64,000 nucleotides of DNA from Octopus sinensis (lineage: Eukaryota): positions 17,050,001-17,114,000 of the forward strand of contig NC_043005.1 of assembly GCF_006345805.1 (NCBI RefSeq). The letters are read 5' to 3'. Shown here piece by piece: positions 12,240-25,481 of the stretch (positions within the stretch are counted from its first letter, which is position 1; each line of letters begins with the position of its first letter). A model generated the notes under the pieces. That model ran no database searches and was not told where the DNA came from. It saw only the letters and a program-made list of their open reading frames with translations. The position numbers and the translations under genes are program-made.

Positions 12240-13513
12240 ATGGTCTGTCTGCTAGTGACTAACTTGAGGTGGAAATGTTCTAAAATCTCACTTGCTGCAT
12301 TATGGGGAATTCATCACAAAATATTTATGGGTAAAACAAACCTTTCATGGACTTCATCCCAAAACATTCAGATATTTAATGTCTCAACCCTCATCTATCA
12401 GAATTTCTGTGTAAGGGAAAAGCAAAAGAAATATGCAGCTCAGCCCGATGATAAATTCATATCTTGGATAAAAATTTTAAATTTAAATTTTTATGAAAAA
12501 AAATTGGGGTTTTCTCTTTAAATTTTTCAGAAGTGGGTGTTTGACCCTTTATTTATTTATTTATATTTTTAATTACCTACTGATGAGAGGAAAGCAGTGC
12601 CCACGGCCCTTTACAGGGATTCGAGTGGAGGGACAGAGTGTATCTTCAAATCAGAGATCTGGTCTGAATGCTTGCTGTAGCATGGCCTCTGTTAAAGGCA
12701 CCCATGGACTAGGTGGTGATGTTAACCTGGACATCAGTTGTGTCTGTGACCATGTATGTTCCTTCATCTAAACTTCATCATTATCACAAACCCTTTTTTT
12801 TTTGAATGGTGGCTTGGCAAAAATAATTTTGCACATATACTTTTTGTAAAAAGAACAATAAACACATTAAAACTTCTTTCAAGTTTCCTTTTGCACCTGA
12901 TACAATGTGTGTGTACAGACATACACAGATATGTTTGTTTGTGCTTATATATATATGCATTATATATGTGTTTGTGTGTATGTATGTATATATATGTGTG
13001 TGTGTGTGTGTGTATATATGTGTATATATATATATTTATATATATATATATATATATACGAAAAATATGATGAATGAAAAAATTAAACTGAATTGCCTAT
13101 TTAATAAGATGAGATAATGTTTGATTCTTAAGAAAATAAATAAAACCCTAACTTTAAATCAAATAAAATTTAATCATAATACTTAGATATAATGTATAAT
13201 CATATTTTATTATTTAGTATGACTAGAATATATCTACTTATTTATATATACTATAAGATAATATTTAATTAACTTCTAATTTAAGATATTTTAGTTTCTT
13301 AATAAAAATCTATAGCATAATAAATATTAGATGGTATTATTCTAAACTTTTAATCTTAAATTAGAAACTCAAGTTTAAGAATAATAATAGTATAATCAAT
13401 ATATATTAATTGTATTATAATTATATAAATAATAAAAAATTAGATTTTTACTGATTTTACTTATTTCAAAATATTTAAAAAATATTTTAAAATTATATGT
13501 TGAGTAATTTAGT

Positions 13514-14814
13514 ATAGGCAAGTGTGTGACACTTGTGGAGACCTGTTGAGGCAAGTGTGTGACACTTGTGAAGACCTGTTGAGGCAAGTGAAAATCAAAT
13601 CAAACCAAATCAAAATAGATGAACATCAATGGAATTTGTATCTTTGTGGTTCCAGTACGGGTGGCACACAAGAAAACCATCCGAACGTGGCCGTAGCCAG
13701 TACCGCCGCATCGACTGGCCTCCGTGCTGTGGGCACAACAACACACCATCTGATCGTGGCCGTTCGCCAGCCTCATCTGGCACCTGTGTCGGTGGCACAT
13801 AAAAACACCATCCGAAGACCCGGCGACGTAGTCAGTCCACCTGTGCATACCTTCCTACTTATGACACTTGTGAAGACCTGTTGAGGCAAGTGTGTGACAC
13901 TTGTGTAGACCTGTTGAGGCAAGTGAAATCAATCAAATCAAATCAAGACCTGTTGAGCAAGTGAAAATCAAATCAAATCAATCAATCAAAATAGATGAAC
14001 ATCAATGGAATTTGTATCTTTGTGGTACCAGTACCGTTGGCACACAAGAAAACCATCCGAATGTGGCCGTAGCCAGTACCGCATCGACTGGCCTCCGTGC
14101 TGTGGGCACGTAACAAACACCATCCGATCGTGGCCGTTCGCCAGCCTCATCTGGCACCTGTGTCGGTGGCACATAAAAACACATCCGAAGACCCGCAAGA
14201 CTAGTCAGGCCATAACCCGTGGCCCCTACCTGGGACGTAGTCAGTCCACCTGTGCATACCTTCCTTCTTGTGACACTTGTGAAGACCTGTTGAGGCAAGT
14301 GAAAATCAAATCAAATCAAAACAAATCAAAATAGATGAACATCAATGGAATTTGTATCTTTGTGGTACCAGTGCCGGTGGCACACAAGAAAATCATCCGA
14401 ACGTGGCCGTAGCCAGTACCGCATAGACTGGCCTCCGTGCTTTGGGGACGTAACAAACACCATCCGATCGTGGCCGTCCGCCAGCCTCATCTGGCACCTG
14501 TGTCGGTGGCACATAAAAACACCATCCGAGCGTGGCCGTCTGCCAGCCTCGTCTGGCACCTGTGTCGGTGGCACATAAAAACACCATCCGAGCGTGGCCG
14601 TTCGCCAGCCTCGTCTGGCACCTGTGTCGGTGGCACATAAAATCACCCACTACACTCTCGGAGTGGTTGGCGTTAGGAAGGGCATCCAGCTGTAGAAACA
14701 CTGCCAGATCTGACTGGCCTGGTGCAGCCTTCGGGCTCCCCAGACCCCAGTTGAACCGTCCAACCCATGCTAGCATGGAAAACGGACGCTAAATGATGAT
14801 GATGATGATGATGA
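13514..14814 (+). mobile_element. Expanded copy of (GAT)n-tailed SINE-like family C with internal ~60-bp tandem units (others ~7409-7534, 7860-8240, 9460-9790, 29727-29997, 32035-32505, 32823-33062, 36996-37270, 39872-40095, 44257-44745, 50592-50860)
   Basis: ggttggcgttaggaagggcatccagctgtagaaa...ccgtccaacccatgctagcatggaaa.cggacg.taaa(tga)n; repeated ggcacataaaaacaccatccgagcgtggccg units. Confidence 0.85.
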
Positions 14815-14888
14815 CCTAGAAATTCATTATTTATCAAAGTTAACAAAAATAAATTAAATTAACCAGAAAGAAAAAAATTTTTTAACTA

Positions 14889-15009
14889 TTCCCATCATGC
14901 ATTCACTTCTGGCTTCTTTTAAATGGTAATAAGAATTATCTCCCCTGCAAAGTAGCTCTCTGGTAGCCATGCTTAATTCATAAGAGAGAAAATTATCATA
15001 CAGGTAAGT
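14889..15009 (+). promoter_or_regulatory. Candidate promoter: ZNF143/Staf-like site followed by an orphan splice donor
   Basis: TTCCCATCATGCATT at 14889-14903; CAG|GTAAGT at 15001-15009; very AT-rich surroundings. Confidence 0.3.
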
Positions 15010-15699
15010 TAACATTTCTTTTTCCTGCTTTTATTCCACATTTCTGTTCATTATTTACTAAAGTAAAATTATTCCAACAACTTCTAGTTATATAATTTTA
15101 GTTTGTCATGTCTTAATATACAATGTAAATAGCAAAATAAGTTCATATAAGATAGACATGAAGATTGGCAATATACTTGTTTTAATATTGTATTGTATTT
15201 AGAGACATTCTATTTCAGCAATATTGAGGAATATGTTGTCATGAAACGTGCGTAGTCTAGATAATGTAAAGTATATGATTTGTAATAAGAATTGAAGGTA
15301 TTAATTTTGATAATTTGGCATAAGAATTGTAGGTATTAATTTTAATATTTAGTCCTATATGTACATATTGCGGATAATGTCATTCAATGATGATTGAGTT
15401 GCTTGAGGGTGATTCTGTCTCTTAAACCTATATATATATAATCAAAAATTGTGAAGCATGACTGTCACCACCACTACATGAACCTGAAGATTGCAGAATT
15501 TAATGCATGAAAGTACTAGTTCAATCAAAATGAACATTTAACATTCTACTATTTTATTTTATTCTATTATATTATATTATCTTATAATATATCATTATAA
15601 GATTGTAAATAAAACGTGAAAATCAGACAAGGTTGGAATTCCTTTTATTAATATATTCTTCTATACACAATCACACACACCCATATATATATATATATA

Positions 15700-16881
15700 T
15701 CTATATATCTCTTATTATAAAAGGCAGATTTTATCTGCCTCCCTTTGTCAGTTATAGAAATCTACAATATAGGATTTCTTCAATTACAATTTACCTAGCA
15801 TTTTTAAGAGTAGAATGCATCGGGTTCTGCCAGGTCCAGTTTTTAAAATTTAAACTCCAATTAAGCAAAATTTACAGAAAACTCACATTCTGGTGTGTAT
15901 GTCAAATGCTTTTCTTAGTCTGGTTTACAGCACACGCAAACGCACACACACAGTGTGCAACCAATAAAGTGAAACTAGATGTAATATTTGTTTCTGTCTA
16001 TCACGCTGATAGATACATGAGTAAAATGTATGGCAAGCTAACAGATAAGAGTGAGTGAAAATGTTCTTGGAAGAGAGTAAATAGCGACAGAGTGATTTGA
16101 GGAAGACTAAACTGAAAGTATGAAACAGTGTTTATGTATAAACAGACGACACTTATATAAACCCTTTCGTTACCAAACCGCCTGAATTTACCTATTCATA
16201 TTTAAATGAGAATATCAGAGTAAATCTCTTTAGTACATTCGTGAAAACACGTATTATACTTCGTAAACACTTCAAATACAGTTTTGTACAAAAATCGAAG
16301 TGTAATTTTAATTCCGTGAATTATGGGAGATTTTTTTCCGAAATTTGTTCCTATTGTGTTTTCAAAATTTGTAATTCTGACAAAAAATGGATACGAATTT
16401 CATTATATCAAGCAGTGAGTCAGAATTCGAAGGATTTTCTACTGAAGACCTTCATAAATCTAACTCTATGACTGAAAAAAAAAGCATCTTTATATAAGAG
16501 TGAAGTTGTGTGTCTGTCTCCTACAATTTAGATTCGTAACTACTCCCACATTTTGCAGTGCAGTTTAACCAAAAGCGGGTATCTTATAGTCGTGATTCAT
16601 ATCGAGCCCTTCTGGGTATTAGCGCGCGTCTACGATGAGTCTACGATTTAAAAAAAATTTACCATCATATTTTTCCATTTTAATGCATTTTTTCGCTTTT
16701 ATATAAGGGAAGTAACTCTCTAAAAATATCTACGATGTGTCAACGATTAAAAAAAAAAATTTACCTTAATTTTTTTTCAATTTTTAATGCATTTTTTTGC
16801 TATTTTTTGGCTATAACTCTCTAAAAATGCTTATATAGTTATTTCCCTTACAACCCGAGCAACGCCGGGCGATACTGCTAG
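15700..16881 (+). mobile_element. Non-autonomous Helitron (composite)
   Basis: A|TC start at 15700 or 15708; hairpin CCCGAGCAACGCCGGG then CTAG|T at 16878-16882; same 3' end as the 47.8 kb element. Confidence 0.75.
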
Positions 16882-17881
16882 TATATGTATATAATACAGT
16901 AATTCATTTTAGTACTACTAAATTGAACTTCTCTCTCCTGTGGACTCAGAAATAACTCCCCTAGTATTAATATTAAATATATATATGTATAATCTGTATA
17001 TATATATATATGTATGTATATGTATAATCTGTATATATATATATATGTATGTATATGTATAATCTGTATATATATATGGATATATATGTATGTATATATA
17101 TATGTGGATATATATACGTTAAACAATGATGATGATGATGATGTGTATGGATATGTATGTATATAATATATATATATGGTGAGAAATTTACATCCTATCA
17201 CATGGTTCCACATTCACTGCTTGCCACTTTGGGCAAGTGACAGCCTCAGGCTGACCAATGCCTTATGAGATTTGGTAGAAGGATACTGAAAGAAGCCCTT
17301 AAAATTTTCACAGATTCATTCTACAAAACTGTTAAGTTGCATAGTATTGAGTCGAACTGTTATTCTTTTTTACTCTAGGCACAAGGCCCAAAATTTTGGG
17401 GGAGGGGGCCAGTTAATTAGATTGACTCCAGTATGCAACTGGTACTTAATTTATCGACCCCCAAAAGGATGAAAGGCAAAGTTGACCTTGGTGGAATTTG
17501 AACTCAGAGCATAAAGACAGACGTAATACCGCTAAGCATTTCGCCCATCGTGCTAATGTATCAGCCATCTCACCACCTTGATCTTGGGATATATTTATTT
17601 CTTTATTGCTCACAGAGGGGACAAATCAGGTCAGACAAAGGGATTAAGTCGATTGCATCAACCCCAGTGCGTAACTGGTACTTATTTAATCGACCCTGAA
17701 AGGATGAAAAGCAAAGTCGACCTCAGCGGAATTTGAACGCAGAATGTAATAGCAGACAAAATACCACTAAGCATTTCGCCCAGTTCGCTGCCTGTATCAT
17801 ACAATGAGCTTGCTGACTTCCCCAGGTTCTCCACTGTAGATCCTGTCATTTTATATAGATCTTTACATACCTTGTACTTAA

Positions 17882-18102
17882 CCCTTTCGTTACCAACCCG
17901 GCCTAAACTGGCTCTGGCCCTCTAGTATTAATGTCTTGTTTTCATAAGTTTTTCATTAAAATCTTCCTCCAAACCTTAGTTGCAATTTATGTTCCTAACA
18001 CTAGCTTAATGATAAGTAAGTTATTTTACTAAATTCTTTATTATATTTAAAATAATTGAATGAAACACAGAGCATCTCAAAATAAATACAGTAACGAAAG
18101 GG
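17882..18102. mobile_element. piggyBac-like MITE family 1 (also ~34473-34674 and ~45574-46213, the latter SINE-interrupted)
   Basis: TTAA-ccctttcgttac...gtaacgaaaggg-TTAA. Confidence 0.78.
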
Positions 18103-21100
18103 TTAAACTCTTAATATCCTCCTTTCTCAGTAGCAGCAAGCCACAGAACCCTCAGTTTCTTGTGAGTACATGACAGAAAAGGCACCCAACCATAGAAAAT
18201 CTGCCTCAATAAATTGTCTAACCCATGCAAGCATGGACAAGTGGACATTAAAATGATAAAGCAGAATCCATACAGAATATGAATGGCTGACATTTTGGCT
18301 GGAGTTTGGTGTCCCATAGAATAAGGCATCCACGTTCTTCACAATGTTTGAGTCTAAAGTGGAAGTGCCGTGCTCATTGTTACACTTGATATTCAAACTA
18401 GGGCATCTGTATCGAAAATGTGGCCAGGAAGGAGATTAAGAAAAAATGGTCATCTTTTATACATTCACAATGTTGACAATTACAAAGACAGAAATAATAA
18501 TAAAACAAAAAGTTTTGTAATTAGATTTTATGATTTTCTTTCTTTATTGACAATCTCAAAAAAAAAAAAAATATATATATATATATATATTATATATATA
18601 ATCAAGCAATAACTATTTACAAACAATAAATAACAAGTATAAAATTTAATTTAATGTGAGCTTGTTGGTAGGTCCATGACACGACCGATCCTATTTTTTT
18701 TTTTTGTTTAAATCACAAGGATTGTATCATATGACCAGAATATCTCAATCTATACACTTGGTATGGCTTGGAATATTCCACAAAGAGAAGAAACACTGAC
18801 ATGAAACTCTATATTATATATATACACACTCACATATGTATACACACACACAAACATATATATATATACATTCATATACCCATACACAATTGTTTTTTTT
18901 TTACCGTTTAAAAAATTTTTTATTCTACGGAAAGATTTTCAAAATACATCTGAATTGTTTTTGGCAAAAGAAGGGATTACTATTCGAGTCAAAATCCCAA
19001 TTTTATTTCATAAAAGAAATTCTGTGTTGCTAAGGGGATAGAATTGGATAGCTTACAATGTCTGTGAGGTGAAGGTCGTGGGTTATGGACCACACACATA
19101 GTTCTAACATTCACATCTTAATTACTAGTCATGTTTTGCCTCCTGAGCAAGACCCATACCTCTGCTTGCTCTAATTTCCTCCTTGATTGGTTAGAGCAAT
19201 CATGCACAAACTGTGACCCATGGCACTTTCTGAATGGCACGCCAAGAAAAAAAATTACCTTGAATTTTTTTTTAGCAGTGCAACCTGCCTGATGCTGAGT
19301 CATGTCTCATGTAGCTTGTTTCTTGAAGGTTGTCCATGACTGGTTTAGAGAAACAGAAAAAAACCCCCACTCTTTACTTAATAGATGAGGAGTAGTTAGG
19401 AATATGAAAGGAAAGTAGAATCATCCAGCTGTGAAAAAAAACCCAAAACAAAACAGAACACTTGCTCCAACAAGTAAACAATTTCAGCTGTGTAAATAAA
19501 ATAAAAAAACCCAACAAGAGTATTAAGAAAACACTTAATCGAGACCTTCACACATGTGAGATAAATGATTTGGACAAATCCCTTCCTTGGCTGCTGCTGT
19601 GCTGAGGGAATTCAGATGGTGTCCCCTTGTCTCAGGAAAAGACAAAGTACTGCAGGTGATTTTACAGTCAGTTGGTAGGTTCCAAAAAGACAATTTACCA
19701 AATGGGTAAGGTGGGGAGGGGATTATCAGAAGACCTCAGAATACTGTGTGTACATTGGTGCAGATACCATGACCAAATGGTATAAAAGTTCACTTCCCAA
19801 TTGTAGCAGTCAATGGTTCAATTTAGACATTTCATGCTGGTAAAACCTTGTGACTGAATTTAGGGAGATGGTACCAGCATAGCAGCCCATCAGATGAACT
19901 CTACTTGTAATTGGAGGGGTTCCACCCATAACATACTGTGTAACGATGATTCTACTTGAGGAGCTGTGGAATATGCAGCCATTTACACCAATTGGACAAT
20001 AACAGATACACTGGCAGAAGAGACAAACACAGGACATCAATAAGTTTTATGATTTACAATTTGGAGTTCATTTTCCAGAAAGAATTTCTCAGATGATAGA
20101 ATTTTACATTTGAAAAGATTAATTTTTGACTGGATATGCATCAAAGAGACCTAACATAAGCAATCTTTTGAATCATGTAAATGAAGCTATGGAGCCTATG
20201 GGGCTTTGTGAAAGACAAGTTAGCAATGATCTAGAAAAATGGAAAATGGGATTTAGTGAAGCTGTTGACTTTGCTATGAATAGGGACCAATAGCTAGTGT
20301 TGAGTGTACTTCTCTTATGGTGTGAATAACAGCTTTTGAAAATGGAAAATATCAGAAAGGTTTTTCTGTTTTTAAAAAAAAAAAAAGGGTGGGGTAGAAA
20401 TTTTAACTTCTGTTTGTGGTACGAAAACTAGAAATGATTACTGGCTTTACGGATCATTGTGATTAGGACAGAATTTGCTTAATCCCTGAAATTTTGGAGT
20501 CTGATACACCGGTTAGTCATTCAAATGAGTTAAATCTGACTGTTATAAAAAGCAGTGCTATTTGAACCAGACAAAACAAGATCGGGTGACATGTTACTTT
20601 TGGTAGCAGGAAAACCCCTTCCAAATCAAACAAGATTATGCTTTAAGTTTCATAATTTCCATACAAACTTAGGTAAGACATTCATGGCCAAGATCAGCTA
20701 GTATGTAACTTGATGTGGGTTGGATTTACAGTACACAAATGACATGGAAAGTTAGACTTCTCCCCAATAGTGACTGCTCTGTCGTGTTCAGCTAGGATAG
20801 GAGTGTGTGTGTAAAAAGAGGGGTCTCTATCATTATATTACAGTGGCAGTTCCCATAACCAAGTGGATTAAAGAGACAGAATTGAAGACATTTGTCCTAA
20901 AGTAGTGTAACTGTTGTAGTTTGTGCAACACATTTTCATAGTTTATCAAATGACTTTTATCACAAATAGGGACAACATATTCCACATGCATTTTTGCCAT
21001 GTGTGTCACATCTATTTGCCTACAAATATAGGAGACACCTCCTTGTAAAATGTCCTCTATTGCAAAATAGCAGTTGATTCATATATATAATTCAACCATG

Positions 21101-23150
21101 TTCCTTCTTGTTAGGGGTGGTAGCATAAGATTTCAAGATAATATCACTGGTTTCCTTAAGAATTAAAGGTTCCAGAAAAACATAATACAATATTGTTATA
21201 CAAACTAATTGCATAGATGTTATAAAATTTATTTTGCTGTTGCAAGACAAGTCATCCTGATTGAGCCTAGATTTAATCACCAACAGTAAAAATTTGAACT
21301 CAGCACAGCAAGGTAACAAAACATTCATCAATTATACAATCAATGCTCACAATGATAATTAGCACCTACTGTAGTACTTATTAATAACTGAAGTAGTTTA
21401 CTGAGATGAATTCATATTTCACAGTAAGCATGTTGTATTGCTCAGTTAAACATTTAATTATCTTTCGTACCTCTATCTTAGGTACCATAACAGCAAGGGA
21501 CACATAATAACATAGTTACAGCTGTAAACACAGTATTTTACTACAGATGGGGACATAGAGACAACATACAGCTTTAGTTGGGGACATACATAACATGGTG
21601 GTAGGATGGTTAAACTGGGGCCTAATGTTTCAAGTATTTCCTTCCCTTTGAGAAATAACCATTTTCAAGTTTGGTATAATTCCAAAATCTGAAGAGACTG
21701 GTTAAAAACAAACAAAGAAAAAAATATTAAAAAGACATGAAACACAGTTGACATCAAACCTGGCACTAAACTTTCTTTTCGTAATATTTTCTTCTCTTCA
21801 TGTATATACAAACATCTTTTTTATACAATTGTATACACTCGTATGTACATATAACACAAACATGTTGATTCTATATTTCTGTGGCAAACCCCTTTATAAA
21901 AAGCCCCCATACTCTTTTTACTCGTTTCAGTCAAGCAAATCGACCCCGGGACTTATTCTTTGTAAGCCCAGTACTTATTCTATCGGTCTCTTTTGCCAAA
22001 CCGCTAAGTGACGGGGACGTAAATACACCAGCATCGGTCGTCAAGCAATGCTAGAGGGACAAACACAGACACACAAACATACACACACACACATATGCAT
22101 ATATATATATATATATACATATATACGACAGGCTTCTTTCAGTTTCCGTCTACCAAATCCACTCACAAGGCATTGGTCGGCCCGAGGCTATAGCAGAAGA
22201 CACTTGCCCAAGATGCCATGCAGTGGGACTGAACCCGGAACCATGTGGTTGGTTAGCAAGCTACTTACCACACAGCCACTCCTGCACCTATGTTTGTGTA
22301 TGGCAGTAAGTAGGATTTCAAACAGCCAGCCTTATACTGAGATGACTGTGTTTGTCACAGATACAAGATACAAAAACAAACAAAACAAAACTATTGTTGA
22401 CTCACTGAGAGGGTGGCTGTACAAAACCTTCCTAGAAGTGTTTGTTATCCTATTCACTATGTACAAGCAATCTTTACACAATTTCCTATTTTTGTAGGAA
22501 TGCAAAAAATAAAAAATAAAATAAAAAAAATAATAAACCATAATATTACATAAAACCAGCAAACATACACATCTAAAACCAAACTCAACAAATAGCTTAT
22601 ATCTCTCCAGAGCAGACAGGGTATTAATATGTTTATATTGTACATACTCAATAATACAGACAATGCTTAGACGCACACACATACATATGAAACAACGATG
22701 TACTGTCTGGGTAGACAGTATCTGGGTAGGCAGTATCTACCTAGACAGAAAAAACTATAAATATTAATTACAAAGAAGTAATTAATATCCAATTCGTTAT
22801 AAAATTGATAATTTAATGATTCATAGGATCAAGTCAATAATTCTGTAAATGGTTAATATTTTGACATTAGACAAACACAATATCCAATATACACACACAC
22901 ACAAACATATATAGATATATTCCTTTATTTTTTTTCAGCCATGTGGCTGTGTTCATGCTGGAGCATATACATTTTATTAATAATTGGCAGAAGTTACAGA
23001 GTGTCTCAAGGGCCAAGAGTTCTGCACATTGACTGGCATTTATCAAAACTTGATAAAATTTGATAAGAGTGTCAAAACATGAAAAAATCCCTGAATCACT
23101 CTATAACTTCAGGCAGTTTGTAATAAAAGGATATATACATATATATATAT

Positions 23151-23321
23151 ATAATTATAATAATAAGGGTTTTTTGCAACAAGTTGCTTAACCACATACT
23201 GAAAATTTTAGAAATTTATTTTTGTAGTAAAAGCAAATAGTAGTCTTTTGGCTGCTATTTCTAAAATTTTCGGTATGTGGTTAAGAAACTTGTTGCAAAA
23301 AACCCTTATTATCATAATTAT
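23151..23321. repeat. Inverted repeat, ~65-bp arms
   Basis: aagggttttttgcaacaagttgcttaaccacatactgaaaattttagaaat / atttctaaaattttcggtatgtggttaagaaacttgttgcaaaaaaccctt. Confidence 0.85.
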
Positions 23322-23545
23322 ATAATTTTTTACTGAATATGGTCCTTTTCCATACCGAAATACTACTAGGTGAAATTTGTTGATTTTATTAAATTAATTA
23401 TATTTCACCCTATATCTGTAATGACTATATATATATATATATTTAAAATTGAGGATAAAATCTTTATAAGAAATTATCAGTAGTTAGCGTGAAAAACTTC
23501 GTAAGAGAAAAAATCCGTAAATTTTTCCACTGAAAATATTTATTT

Positions 23546-23915
23546 ATATTATATAGAGGGTACTACTATTCATAGATACCGCATGCTAGGAGGGACCCTT
23601 GCGGTCAAAACTACTAAAATAAACAAAATTGTACCGAATGCAAAACTTCAAAGCCAGTCATTTAAAAAAAAGAATTTAGTTACATATCACCTGTGATTTC
23701 GCAATTAATGCAGAATATGCATTCTATGCTCATCAGTGCAACAAACTCAAGACATATTAGAAAAAACATAACATTACAAACCCGACAACCAACCGTAGAA
23801 TTCGTCATAGCATGTACGAATGTTTATTCGGTACAATTTTATTTTAGTAGTTTTGACCGCAAGGGTCCCTCCTAGCGTGCGGTATCTATGAATAGTAGTA
23901 CCCTCTATATAATAT
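23546..23915. repeat. Inverted repeat, ~90-bp arms enclosing a hammerhead motif
   Basis: agagggtactactattcatagataccgcatgctaggagggacccttgcggtcaaaactactaaaat and its reverse complement at 23826-23915. Confidence 0.88.
23672..23748 (-). ncRNA. Type I hammerhead ribozyme motif (minimal, Penelope-type)
   Basis: Minus strand: GUUGCA-CUGAUGA-GCA...UGC-GAA-AUCAC-AG-GUGAU-A-UGUAAC. Intact core, stems I-III pair, AUA cleavage triplet. Confidence 0.75.
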
Positions 23916-24806
23916 ATATATACATACATACATGCATTTATGTTTTTAGTTTTATTTTCCTGTTTGTATCACCACATGCACACACATACATAATTTGATT
24001 TTCATTTTGCCTGAACCATTTTATGAAGTTCTCAGAATGGTAATTGTTAATTGCTGACAATTTACTTTGATGCCTACTGCCTACCCTGAGTAGTTACTGA
24101 CCACCACACGACTGATGTAACATACACACACATTGCACAAGACCTTGAACCACACAATCACACACACTACATTCCTCACCTCGTTAGCGTCACCATTCAT
24201 CGTCTACATATACCATTATTATATATATATAAACACAAACCTACAGGAGACTCAAAACGCTCACTACTGCCTTTCAGGACACTGTTATTGCTGTAACTAT
24301 TGTTGTTTTCACCGGTTCATATTGTATATGAAGAACACAAGAACAACAGAGACAGCGGAATCAGAATGTGTAACCAATGGTACATTCTACACATTCTACA
24401 ATCATTCCTATTACCATTATTACCATCATCATTATTTTCATTTCAAAAAAAGATTAAAAAAAAATATGAAGAGAAACGTACAATAAGGGAAAGATAGGAA
24501 AGATACATTAAGTACCACAAGTTTTTTCAGTGACAGGAAGCAATGTCTGCAGTGTAGTTTCAATTCCTTCTCGTTTCCTTTCTCTGAATTCTGCTTTTTT
24601 TTTTTTCTTTCCCCCTCTCTTTTGTTTTATCTTTTTTTTTTTTTTTTTTTTTTTTAACATCTGCCTCACAGCTTGTTGCTCCCTCACCACTGCAGTTGGT
24701 TCACAACTCTCACCACCACCACCACAACCACCACAACAGTGCCACAATCATTGTTATTACTGTTATAATCATCACATCACAGTAGTTAATTCAGATCTGA
24801 ATAAAA

Positions 24807-24890
24807 TTATATACATATATATATACATGTATATATATATACATATATATATATACACACACATATATATACACACATATATATACACAC

Positions 24891-24921
<31 letters not shown>

Positions 24922-25481
24922 CATATTATATATGTGTATATATATATATATACATATTATATATGTGTATATATATGTATATATATATATATACACATAT
25001 ATATACACATATATATATACACATATATATATAACATATATATATATACACACACATATATATATACACACATATATATACACACATATATATATAATAT
25101 ATATATATATACATATTATATATGTGTATATATATATATACATATTATATATGTGTATATATATGTATATATATATATATACACATATATATACACATAT
25201 ATATATACACATATATATATATACATACATACACACACACACATACACAATTATATACACACACGTTTATATACATATACACATATCTACATTTTGTATA
25301 TGTGTGTGTACATATACAGAGATACACACACATGTATGCATATATATATACATATATATGTACACACACACACATATATACATACATATATACACATACA
25401 CACTTGTATGCATATACACACATGTATGTGTATATATATATACATACATGCATACATAAATATATATGTATGTATGTATGT
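24807..25481. repeat. ~670-bp compound (TA)n/(CA)n microsatellite
   Basis: Direct inspection; includes higher-order acatattatatatgtgt units. Confidence 0.9.

Noticed and set aside
13522-14792. Cluster of overlapping 60-130 aa ORFs
   Set aside because: Produced by GC-richer SINE tandem units; the same peptides recur at other family C copies.
15387-15487. C/D box snoRNA (ATGATGA...CTGA)
   Set aside because: No terminal stem and no recognisable rRNA-complementary guide; expected by chance in AT-rich DNA.
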